The translations under genes and the position numbers were made by a program. From Ranitomeya imitator (taxonomy: Eukaryota): a DNA stretch of 64,000 bases. The DNA is taken from NCBI RefSeq assembly GCF_032444005.1, contig NC_091288.1, positions 18,042,001 through 18,106,000 of the forward strand, given 5' to 3'. Below the pieces are notes generated by a model. The model had not been told where the DNA came from. It did not search any database and saw only the letters and a program-made list of their open reading frames with translations. Below are positions 24,901-36,900 of this stretch, one piece after another (position 1 is the stretch's first letter; each line of letters starts with the position of its first letter).

Positions 24901-27900
24901 TTATAATAATGCCCCTATGTACAAAAATATAACTACTATAATACTGCTCCTATGTACAAGAATATAACTACAATAATACTGCCCCTATGTGCAAGAATAT
25001 AACTATTATAATACTGCCCCTATGTAAAAGAATATAACTACAATACTGCCCCTATGTACAAGAATATAACTACTATAATACTGCCCCTATGTGCAAGAAT
25101 ATAACTATTATAATACTGCCCCTATGTACAAGAATATAACTACTATAATACTGCTCCTATGTACAAGAATATAACTACTATAATACTGCCCCCTATGTAC
25201 AAGAATATAACTACTATAATACCGCCCCTATGTACAAGAATATAACTACTATAATACCGCCCCTATGTACAAGAATATAACTACTATAATACCGCCCCTA
25301 TGTACAAGAATATAACTACCATAATACTGCCCCCTATGTACAAGAATATAACTACTATAATACTGCCCCTATGTAAAAGAATATAACTACTATAATACTG
25401 CCCCTATGTACAAGAATATAACTACTATAATACTGCCCCTATGTACAAGAATATAACTACTATAATACTGCTCCTATGTACAAGAATATAACTACTATAA
25501 TACTGCCCCTATGTACAAGAATATAACTACTATAATACTGCCCCTATGTACAAGAATATAACTACTATAATACTGCTCCTATGTACAAGAATATAACTAC
25601 TATAATACTGCCCCTATGTACAAGAATATAACTACTATAATACTGACCCTATGTACAAGAATATAACTACTATAATACTGCCCCTATGTACAAGAATATA
25701 ACTACCATAATACTGCCCCCTATGTACAAGAATATAAGTACTATAATACTGCCCCTATGTACAGGAATATAACTACTATAATACTGCCCCTATGTACAAG
25801 AATATAACTACTATAATACTGCCCCTATGTACAAGAATATAACTACTATAATACTGCCCCTATGTACAAGAATATAACTACTATAATACTGCCCCTATGT
25901 ACAAGAATATAACTACTATAATACTGCCCCTATGTACATGAACATAACTACTATAATACTGCCCCCTATGAACAAGAATATAACTACTAAAATACTGCCC
26001 CCTATGTACAAGAATATAAGTACTATAATACTGCCCTTATGTACAAGAATATAACTACTATAATACTGGCCCTATGTACAAGAATATAACTACTATAATA
26101 CTGGCCCTATGTACAAGAATATAACTACTATAATACTGCCCCTATGTACAAGAATATAACTACTACTGCCCCTTATGTACAAGATTGTAACTACTATAAA
26201 TCATTGAGATCCCATTTGTTCACTGAGGTTTTTGTGGTCAAAGTCGAGATGTTGTAGATCATAACAGCATGAATTAAATATTATGACCGCCCCACTCCAA
26301 AAATACTGAGATAGCCACTTTAGAACAATATTCTACAAGAACCCTGTAAATAGATTTTCCGTACCATCATGTACCGCCCTGCTGCATCGATGTCCTCTTG
26401 CTTATAAGGGTTGATCGGTTCTGCCCAATCAGAGTTGAGGGTGATGGAGATAAGACCCTCTTGGGAGGCTCGGTATTTATCGTTATACAGGTGCCATACT
26501 TCGGCATGGGCTTTAATTAGGTTATGTCCTGCCAAATACACACCAATCCCGGGTGATCTGACTCCTTTAAGGAAAGAAAAAACAGAGCATTACAATCTGC
26601 AACGAAGATATAACTGCCTGGAGTCCATGAAAACAGTCCATACCTCCTATAGACGGGTAGGGTATGGGAGAGGTATGTAAGGTTGGACCCCAGTGCAGCG
26701 CCAGAACTTATCCAATGGCTACAACGTATAATCACCTGGTGCAAAGGCGCCTTCTCCGTAACCCAGGTTGGCAATGATGTATGGCTCGTTCAGAGTGATC
26801 CAGAACTTCACTTTGTCTCCCAATCTTTGGAAGAGAACTTCAGAGTAGTCCTTAAACCTTTCTACTATTGTCTCGTTCACCCAACCACCATCGTTCTGCA
26901 AAGCTTGAGGTAGATCCCAGTGATAAATAGTGACCTGAACAGACGAGAGCAAGGAAATAACTAAAAAAAAAAAGAAGAGAGAAATTGCAACTCATCGGAC
27001 TGGTGGTGCTATATAAAGGTGATTTATTACCTGTGGTGTAATGCCGGCAGTAAGTAAACCATCTATCAGGCGAGAATAGTGACTGAGGCCGGCTTCGTTG
27101 ACGTGGTCTTTAGTCCCATCTGGGAGAATTCTCGGCCATGAGATTGAGAATCGATAATATGAGACCCCAAGACCCTTGATAAGTTCTATGTCTTCGTCAA
27201 CCCGGTAGTAGCTGTTGCACGCCACGTCTCCATTACTATCATCTTCGATTTTAGATGATGTGTGAGAAAACTGATCCCAGATGCTGAGCCCTTTCCCATC
27301 AGCCCTCCAAGCCCCTTCGATCTAGAAGGAAAGGAAAAATAATGGGGGTTTATTGTTTTTTTTTCTGTATTATAATATTCTTGCTGAAAGTCCTACAAAA
27401 TGGTGGATATGTACAATATATCTATTTTTTTTTTTAGTTTGTGGGAATTGGTGTGAAAGGTGACAACTGCACTCGTAGAGAGTGTTTAAGAGCAAAGAAG
27501 AACCTCCAGAGATTGAAAAATCTATCTTTCAACCCGGATGGTTGGGACATTTATTTTACAAGAAGAAGAAGAAGTATCCAACCACTACCTGGGTTGTATT
27601 CTGGAACAACACCTATCTTTCTTTACTAGAATCAATAAGTGACTATGGTAGCCAATCACTTGCCAAAGTGTTGGCGTCACTATGGAGAGGACATCATTGA
27701 TCAGCTGTGATGGTCCCATGTCAGTTCCAGAGGGGGGACCATGAAACAACTGGTTGAGAAATTAAGGGGCCCATATGATGTAGGTAGGTATCTCTGCTGA
27801 CTCCCTGATACACGTGCACACTCAGCTGAGCATGCATATGTTTTCATTCAGGAGAGTAAGCGCCTACCTAAATATCGGGTGCTGTAATTAAACATTTTCA

Positions 27901-30900
27901 ATCCTTCTCCCATGTGTTGGGAAAGAGTCAGGAGATCTCAATACACATTTGAAGGTGGTCCTGCCTGACCAAAATCAGCAGTTTAGACAACATTAATCTA
28001 ATTGGGGTCTTTTAGGGGGATTTGAAAAGTAAATATATGGCAATTATTTTTAGGTAGATGCAGCTTTATATTGGGGTTTTCCATCATATTTCACATCTGA
28101 CTGTAAAACTTGGGTAAAATGAAGATTTCTCCAACCTGAAAAGCTGAGGAGGCAACGCCCCAAGCGAAATCATCCCGAAATTCTCCGTATAGAAATTCTT
28201 CTTCCTTGTACATGGGGATACCATGGTTGCTGATGACCTCGGCGTAGTAAATCGCGGTACGTTTTGCAGTTCTTGGTCGCATAGGATTATTGAAATCTAC
28301 ATGGTGAAGGCCAAACCGTATTCGGTATCCATTAACCCACTCAAAGGCGTCCATGAGTGAGTACATAGAATAACCCTTCAGATTCACTCCGTCCACACTG
28401 AGAGCTTTTGGGGGTTAGAATGGAGTCATTAATTATAGTTGCATCCTCATTTTAGAAAGAAAATCTACTTAACAATATATATGGTTAGAAAAACATGTCT
28501 CCTACCTCCGTGCTGGTTTTGGAAAAACCATTAACTTTATACCCATTGATATTGTCTTAGTCATTACGTTATAACCAAATTTAGTAAACTATAACTAAAT
28601 CAGTTTATTTAGCTCCAAGAAAATGCGACTAACCTTTCAGGGCTTCATCAATATACGTCTTATGATAGAAAATTCGGGCAGTGTCATCAAAATCGGGATA
28701 CTGTCCATTGCGATTCCATTTTCAGTGATGTATATGGGGACATCTCCGTACTCTTCTTTTACCCAGTTAAGCAACCTCCTCAAGCCCCAGGCTACTGCCC
28801 TGAGATTTTCAGCAGCAGTTTCTGGCCAGTTATCGTTAAACTCATCTTGGATGTCAATATCATTTTGGAAAGATGGAGGAACGAGGGTTAGAGTTTTATG
28901 TTGAACTATTTTTGTAGTGTAGATGTTTATGGAAAACACATCGGCTGATCCTTGGATATAGGTCTTCTCCTCATCTGTAAAAGCTGGAAGCCTGGACTTT
29001 TGGAGACCCTGTAACTCACTCTTGTTGTCCACTTGCCATTTCATTACCTCTGGGTAGTCACCATTTTTGAAAATAGGGTGTGCAAACCACCCCAAGGTGA
29101 ACTGCAGGTAGCGATCAGCAGCTTCTATGTCCCTTGGTTGTGTGTGGTCTTTAGGTTCCACCCAATTAGTGTTGAGGGTCACAGAAATGACGCCTCCTTG
29201 ACTTTTCCGATATTGCTCATCATAGGTATGGTAGACTCTGGCATGGACCTTAATTAGATTGTGAGCCACTCTGTGTGGAGCATAACCAGGATCATCTTTC
29301 ACCCCAGGTGGATAGAGACCAATGCCATAACCAGCAACAGCAATTGTGTGAGGTTGGTTAAAAGTCATCCAGAACTTGACTCTATCTCCGAAAGTTCTAA
29401 AACAAAAGTCCGCGTAGCTGTGAAAAGCATCTAGCACTCTATCATCTTCCCAACCACCCAAGTCTTGGAGAGCCTGAGGAAGATCAAAGTGGTAAAGGGT
29501 CACCATGGGTGAGATGTTGCTTGCCAGTAGGCCATCAATAAGCCTATTATAATACTCAACTCCCTGATTATTGACTGTGCCCTGTCCAGTTGGGAAGATT
29601 CGAGACCACGAGATTGAAAAACGGTAACTATTTACCCCTAGACCTCTCAGCATGTACAAGTCTGCATCCAGCTGATGGTAACTATCACAGGCCATGTCCC
29701 CATTGCTATTTTCATAAATATTTCCTGGAATATGTGAAAATGTGTCCCATATACTTGATCCTTTTCCATCCTCGTTCCACCCTCCCTCAATCTGATATGC
29801 TGAGGTTGAGGCTCCCCAGTTAAAATCACTTGGGACTATAGAATAATGATACATGTCCCTTTCGAAAGCAGATTGTCCCGAGAACTTATCCCAAACAACT
29901 TTAGCATTAGAGGGAACTTCTGAAGCTGGTAGAGCTGGTAATTTTTTTGCATGTATCGATCTTGCACGAGGAACCTCTTTAACCATCTTCATCCTTGGGA
30001 AACCATTATTTTCTACAATGCTGGAAATGAGGTAGGCGGATTGTTTGGGGGTCCTTTGTCTGTTTGCATTTTCGAATTCGACGTGATGTAAACCAAATCT
30101 TTGACTGTACCCTTCTGGTCCCTCGAAGCCGTCCAGGAGGGAACGGACTATATAGGCGCTTAGAGTCACAGTATCATTTATGACAGCTGTAAAGAAATAA
30201 GGGTTTACAGGGTCAAAATAGCCAACCACCCTAGAAAAATACGACATAAATCAAATTTACAGTGAGCTAGTTATGTTCTAAAGTCTCTGAGATATAAGAT
30301 CTATTGTCAGTGACCGCTCAGCTATGGATGTGAGTAGACTTACCTTTCAGGGCTTCATTGATGTAAGCCGTCAGGTACTCAACCCGAGCTGTGTCATTGA
30401 ACACCTCTCCGGTGTATGGCGTTGGCATACCATTTCCAGTTATGTATATGGGTAGTCCTCCCTTTCTATATTCTTCTTTGACGAAGTTCAGAAGCCTTCT
30501 GAGACCCCATGGCACCACATAGAGCCATGGAGATTCGGTGGTCGGCCATGATGGATCCACGTGTGAAGCAAATCCTCCAATATTTTCATAATTAGCATCA
30601 CAACTTTGGCTTTTGGAGACATTGACCAACCGGGAAGTATAGTGGGAGATGCCAAGGAAGTCTGCAGTGCCTTTGATGTAGGCCTTCTCCTCCTCAGTAA
30701 ATGTGGGCAGTGCTGCCACTGTGGAGGGACACTGGTTATTTATGTCAAGAACTTGAGTCTTAAGGACTTCTGGGTAGTCCCCATTGATAAGAATTGGATG
30801 GGCAAACCACCCGATCATGAACTGGAGATATCGCTCAGCAGCGCTCACGTCATCTGGATTATTGGGATTTTTTGGTTCTGCCCAGTCTGAATTCAGAGAG

Positions 30901-33900
30901 ATTCCCACCTGACCTTTCTGCGACGCCCGGTACTTGTCATTGTACACATGCCAGGCCTTAGCGTGAGCTTTCACAATGTTATGTGACACCTATAAGATAT
31001 AACATAGAAGACTGTGTTAGAGAAATACCTATCTATTCTCATAACCTCCATGGTGTGAGAACAGTCTGCAAGGATCTAATTATTATTGTGAATCTGCAGT
31101 TTTCGTATATTATTCTGCACGATCATAGTAACCTGAAGAGATAGCGAGACGCCGTACATTAGCCAAATATAAATATTTCCATTGTGACTTTACTGGTTGT
31201 ATATAACTAATGTTTTATAGGGCACATTATTTTCCAGTTACATGAAGTGATTGTCCATAATAACAATAAGGTCTGGTTTCTTTAGTTTGGAAACAATGTC
31301 CCTTTTGTCTTTTAGTGTATCTTAAAGTTTACCTCTCATGCTGTAAATGCATAGGAGTCCAGTGGGCGGTGCTATTCAGTGACCGACAGCCAACTTTGTA
31401 TATAAGCACTTATAAAAAAAGGCTATAAATAATGGAGTGAAACCGCCCACTGGATTCCTATTCCCACACAATGAGCAGAAGCTCCTATTGTATATTATAT
31501 ATTACATATTGTATTATATTATTAACGTCAAGCACTGATACCTATTCAATATTTTGATTATAGCTTTTTTTTTTATTTATTTATTACTTCCCGTACATTA
31601 TTACATTATTACTGTGCCAGCCATCTTGCCTGGTTACTGGTCTAAGAAAATGGCTGTATAAAATTATATATATATATGTATATATCTTTTTTACAAATGT
31701 CTAAATTTTTCTCATTGCCGTAATCATACTGATCTAAAGAATCAGGTTAGTTTTTAGTGTACAATGAGTGTTGTAAAAACAAAATCCAAAAAATATTGGA
31801 ATTGCATTTTTTTCACTGCACCTTGATTTTTTCCCCACTCTGCTCGTGATGATAATGAGACTTCTGAAAATTGATCTCTACAGAACAGGAAAGGTTTTTT
31901 TTACCATATACTTACTTTGATGAAAAAACTTTAACAGAAAAAAAAAATTAAGCACCACATAGATTAGAAAATATATTTTCTTTAAAGAATTTCATTTTTA
32001 TGCAAATTATTGAAATAATTTATAGTTTCTGTTTGTACCTTGAAGGAGGCATTTCCTGGATCTCTGATCCCAGGTGCATGTTCTCCGGTGCCGTAACCAG
32101 CGTAACTAACGACCCAAGGTTCATGGAACGTTATCCAATGTTGAACTCTATCTCCAAAATTCTTGAAGCAGAAATCTGCATATTCCATAAATGCCTCGAT
32201 GGTGGAGTCATCCTGCCAGCCTCCGGACTCCTGCAGAGCTTGGGGTAGATCCCAGTGATATAAAGTTACTATCGGTATAATATTTTCTTTGATTAACCTG
32301 TCGATTAATTTGTTGTAATATTTCACGCCGGCGGAATTGACTTTGGATTTCAGTCCCGTTGGGAATATTCTGGACCAGGAGATGGAGAAGTGATAGACCT
32401 TAGACTGTAGACCCTTCAGAAGATACAGGTCATAGTCAATCTTATTGTAGCTATCACAGGCCACATTGGCGGTGGCATTGTTATCAGCTTGGCCATTTTG
32501 TCCAAAAACATCCCATATGGATTGTCCTTTATCCCCTGCGGTCCAGCCCCCTTCTACTTTGAAGGCTGAAGATGAAGAGCCCATGAGGAAACCTTCAGGG
32601 AATGTATCGTGTAGGAAGGCGTCTCTCTCTGCTGGAGTCTGGGCGGCAAATTTATTCCATACTGTGGTGAATACTGAACGGGATGATGAAGACTTGTCTG
32701 CTACAGTTTCAGATCTGTGTTATAGAATAAATTATGTGAATTAACGCCAAGATCTTATATATAGTTTATATGGTATATAAACCTTAGAACATTTTCTACA
32801 ATTCTGCCTTTTTCTTGGATGGTCTACAGTTAGATCGTTCATGCATGAGACTCTCCAGAAACATGTCCCATTTTCAGAAGCATTACAACGGAGGAGATCT
32901 GACCCCTGCCATGAAAATCAAGGTAACAGGATGAGATTGAATGCAATGGCTTATATTGTTGTTTAATATTGAGATTTGATGTAACTTTGTGGGTTCAATG
33001 TTCTTGGTAGGTTCAATACGAAACCATAAGATGAGGCCATGATAAAAGGATAGGTGGGATAAGTGGATTCTATAGGTCAGTGCAAATACATCTTAGCTAA
33101 GTTGATGGGTTTCCACCATTCCTTCTTTTTTATTGCTTTTTATGTTTTTCAAGGATTTTTTTATGTTTTTTTTCTGCGATTTGCACACAGTCAGTACTGA
33201 TGATATAGGGGTTGAAGCGAGCAAACTAAAGACTTATTGGCAAGTGTCTCATCAGTGGTGGGGTGCCAAGTGCGTAAAATGGTCCAAAATTACACGATCC
33301 TGAGTAGTCATGAGAATTGGTAAGGAGTTACCAATGCCTATATGGGGGGTCAGCTGGGTCTACAGAGCTGGTAAATCTGACACTAAAGGTGGGTGACCAG
33401 GAAAGATAGACCCAAGTGAAGAATAGCCGGACCGCCCAGGTTTGGTGGTGAGGTTTTGTGCCCAAGTGTGTGAGATTCACGGGTCAATTAAATAGCTGCT
33501 AACGTCACCATTTTTTTTTTGCCAGGTTGGATCGTTGTGTGTACATTGGTTTTCAGTCTTAAAGGGGGTTAATATCTATATTAAAAAAAAGATCTCCTAT
33601 AAGCAGAGCAGAGAGTTGTTATAAAGAGCCAGATCGGAAGGTGGCACCTTAGGTAGAGATAAGGATGAGAGCAAACGAGAAGAAGGAGGCGCTTTTTCTT
33701 GCACATTTCACCTTGGCACTGGCTCACCTTCCTGTCCCAGCAGATGATGTCGGTAATATATAACTTATGTCATATCCCATGAGGCTGGAAACAGAAGCAC
33801 TGATTTCTATAGAGAAACAGAAGATTAAAAGATCATTTTATGTGATCATAATTCAAAACTATATAAAAAGTTGAGTAACTGTTTCTGTTATTTCAGGTTC

Positions 33901-36900
33901 CTTCCTTCTTGTACTGTACTGTACACCAGAGGTGTCAAACTGCATTCCTCGAGGGCCGCAAACAGGTCATGTTTTCAGAATTTCCTTGTATCGCACAAGG
34001 TGCTGGAATCATTCTGTGCAGGTGATTAAATTATCACCTGTGCAATACAAGGAAATCCTGAAAACATGACCTGTTTGCGGCCCTCGAGGAATGCAGTTTG
34101 ACACCTCTGCTGTGCACACAATAGTCATTCCTTCAATGGCCGCCATCTTACCTGAATATACATGGAAGGTGAGAACAAATTTATCTTCCTCTGATACAAT
34201 ATTACAGTCAGCCAATGAAAATCTGAAGATGAGAATCTCCACAGTCTTCTCGTAGTGCTGCAAAACAATACATGGGAGAATAACCAAAATCTTATTGTCA
34301 CCCTCTTGGGATGACCATTATGTTTTGTCATAATGAGACTAATCTGTATTCATCTATATTTTCCCAACAGATCATTTTTTTTTGCTCTTTTTCACAAAAC
34401 TTTAGATCAGACTTGTTTCTAGCTGTAAGGCAACTAGTTGAAGCTGGAGCCCTCCCCGCTTATCTATGGATCCTAGAGATGAGCAAATTGATTGGCAGGA
34501 TCATGGGTTCAGTAGCCTCATCCGTAGTCCATGCCTGCCGCATGCGAGCCGTAAAAACATTCTCCCACCTGTAAGAATCCCCGATTCCACTTCTGATTTG
34601 TTGACCTGACATGACTTCATCATCGTGGTATGACACACATGACGTGGAATGCCAGCTCGATCTGCAATAAACTCCATGAGATCCATCACCTCTTTAACTC
34701 TCATAATTTTTCCTTCCTGGGCCTCACCAAAACATGGCTCACACCCTCCGACACAGCCTCCCCTGCTGCGCTAGGTTACGTCAGCCTCCACTTCACCCAC
34801 ATTCCCCACCCTGGCAACAGACATGGTAGAGGAGTGGACCTTCTCCATTCTACCAACTGCACCTTTAACCCAATCCCACCTCTACCCTCCCTTATCCTCC
34901 CCTCTTTTGAAGTCCACTCTGTTCGCATCTACTTCTCCTACTACCTCCAAATGGCTGTTGTATACCGACCTCCAGGCCCGACCACTGTCTTTATTGACCA
35001 GTTGTCCACATGACTTCTTCACTTTCTCTCTGCAAACATTCCCATCATCATCATGGGTGACTTCAATATCCCCATTGACACCTGCCAGTCAGCAGCCTCC
35101 AAACTCCTTGTGCAGCCATGTACTACGGAGGACAGAGAATGAACTTCAATCCAATATTGCAGCCAGCATGCAGCCAGCGGGTAAGGAAAGGGTGAATCAA
35201 ACACCCGAAAACCCCGCCTCCATGGCTGAAGATTGTTCCCTCCAAATTCAGGTGACAGAGTCCCTTTAACTCTGCTGCCCGACTAATTAATCTCTCTCCT
35301 CGCTACACTCCTGCTTCCCCCCTTTACAAATCCCTTCACTGGCTCCCAATTTCCCAGCTTAGGCTTCTTTCACACTAGCGTCGGAATCTCCCCGTCGCAA
35401 TGCGTCGGGGAGAGATTCCGACGCTAGCGTTTGCTGCATTGCACAATGGAGGCAGCGGATGCATTTTTCCGGCGTATCTGCTGCCCCATTGTAAGGTGCG
35501 GGGAGGTGGGGGCGGAGTTCCGGCCGCGCATGCGCGGTCGGAAAAAGCGGTCTGTCGGGAGAAAAAAAACGTTACATGTAGGGTTTTTTTCTCCCGACGG
35601 TCCGCCAAAGCACGACGCATTCGTCGCAAGACGGATGCGAAGTGTGCAAATCCGTCGCAAATGCGTCGTCAATAGAAGTGTATGGGGAAAAAACCGCATC
35701 CTGCAAGCACTTTTGCAGGATGCGTTTTTTCTGCAAAACGACGCATTGTGACGGATTTAAAAAACCGCTAGTGTGAAAGTAGCCTTATCCAGTTCAAACT
35801 ACTAATACTGACCTACAAAACCATCCATAACCTTTCTCCTCCATATATCTCCAAACAAATCTTCACATATCTCTCCTCACGTAATCTCTGGTCCTCCCAA
35901 GACCTCCTTCTCTCCTCCAAACTGACTTGCTCTTCATCCAATCGCCTCCAAGACTTCTCCCTAATATCACCCATCCTCTGGAATTCTTTGCCCCAACACG
36001 TCCGGTTATCCACTACTTTTGGATCCTTCAGATGGAATCTGAAAACCCATCTCTTCAAAAAAAGCTTACAGCCTGTAAAGACCACACGGCCACCTCTACA
36101 CCATCGGAGCTACTGCAACCCCCCACCATCTTGTAGAATGTAAGCCCGCAAGGGCAGGGTCCTCGCCCCTCTGCATCAGTCTGTCATTGTTAGTTTGTCT
36201 ATTGTAAGTGATATTTGTATTTTGATGTAACCCCGTCTCATGTACAGCACCATGGAATTAATGGTGCTAAATAAATAATAATAATAATAATAATAATATT
36301 GCCAGGCCTACTAATCAAAAGAGATGTCAGGGATTCCTGCAGGAGAAGGCGGGCAGGGCCCCAGTCCTGCAACCACGGACTAATGACAAGGCCATTGGAC
36401 CACGGTACCTATGCAAATTAATTTGCAGTTTTTTAATGAATTTGCCGAGAAATTTTGTGATTGCAGTCTGACCAGAAATTGGTGTGATAATACGGTTGTG
36501 TGAATTGGCCATGAGGGGGATTCACCAGCTCATCTGAGAGATCGTCAGTATTTCTGCACGTACACTTATTATCATTAATAACATGAACTCTGGACTGTGA
36601 GGCCGAAGGACGACATACGGCTATCAAGCCTGTAAATAATGGATTCATCGCAGGAGACCAGAAATCTTAGTAAACATGTCCTCCTATCATCATCATGGGG
36701 GAAGTGAACTTTAATCAGCAAACAGAAAGGATCGTAAATCTGAGAAAGCAAATGGCCTCTTAAAGGGACTGCCTTTGATAAAGGGGCAGAAGTGTGACAA
36801 TTAAAATATGTGAATTACCCCTGGTCACCAAGTACAATATCACTGGGGTCTCATTGCCCATAGCAACCAATCACAGTGCAGCTTTCATTTCTACAATGCT

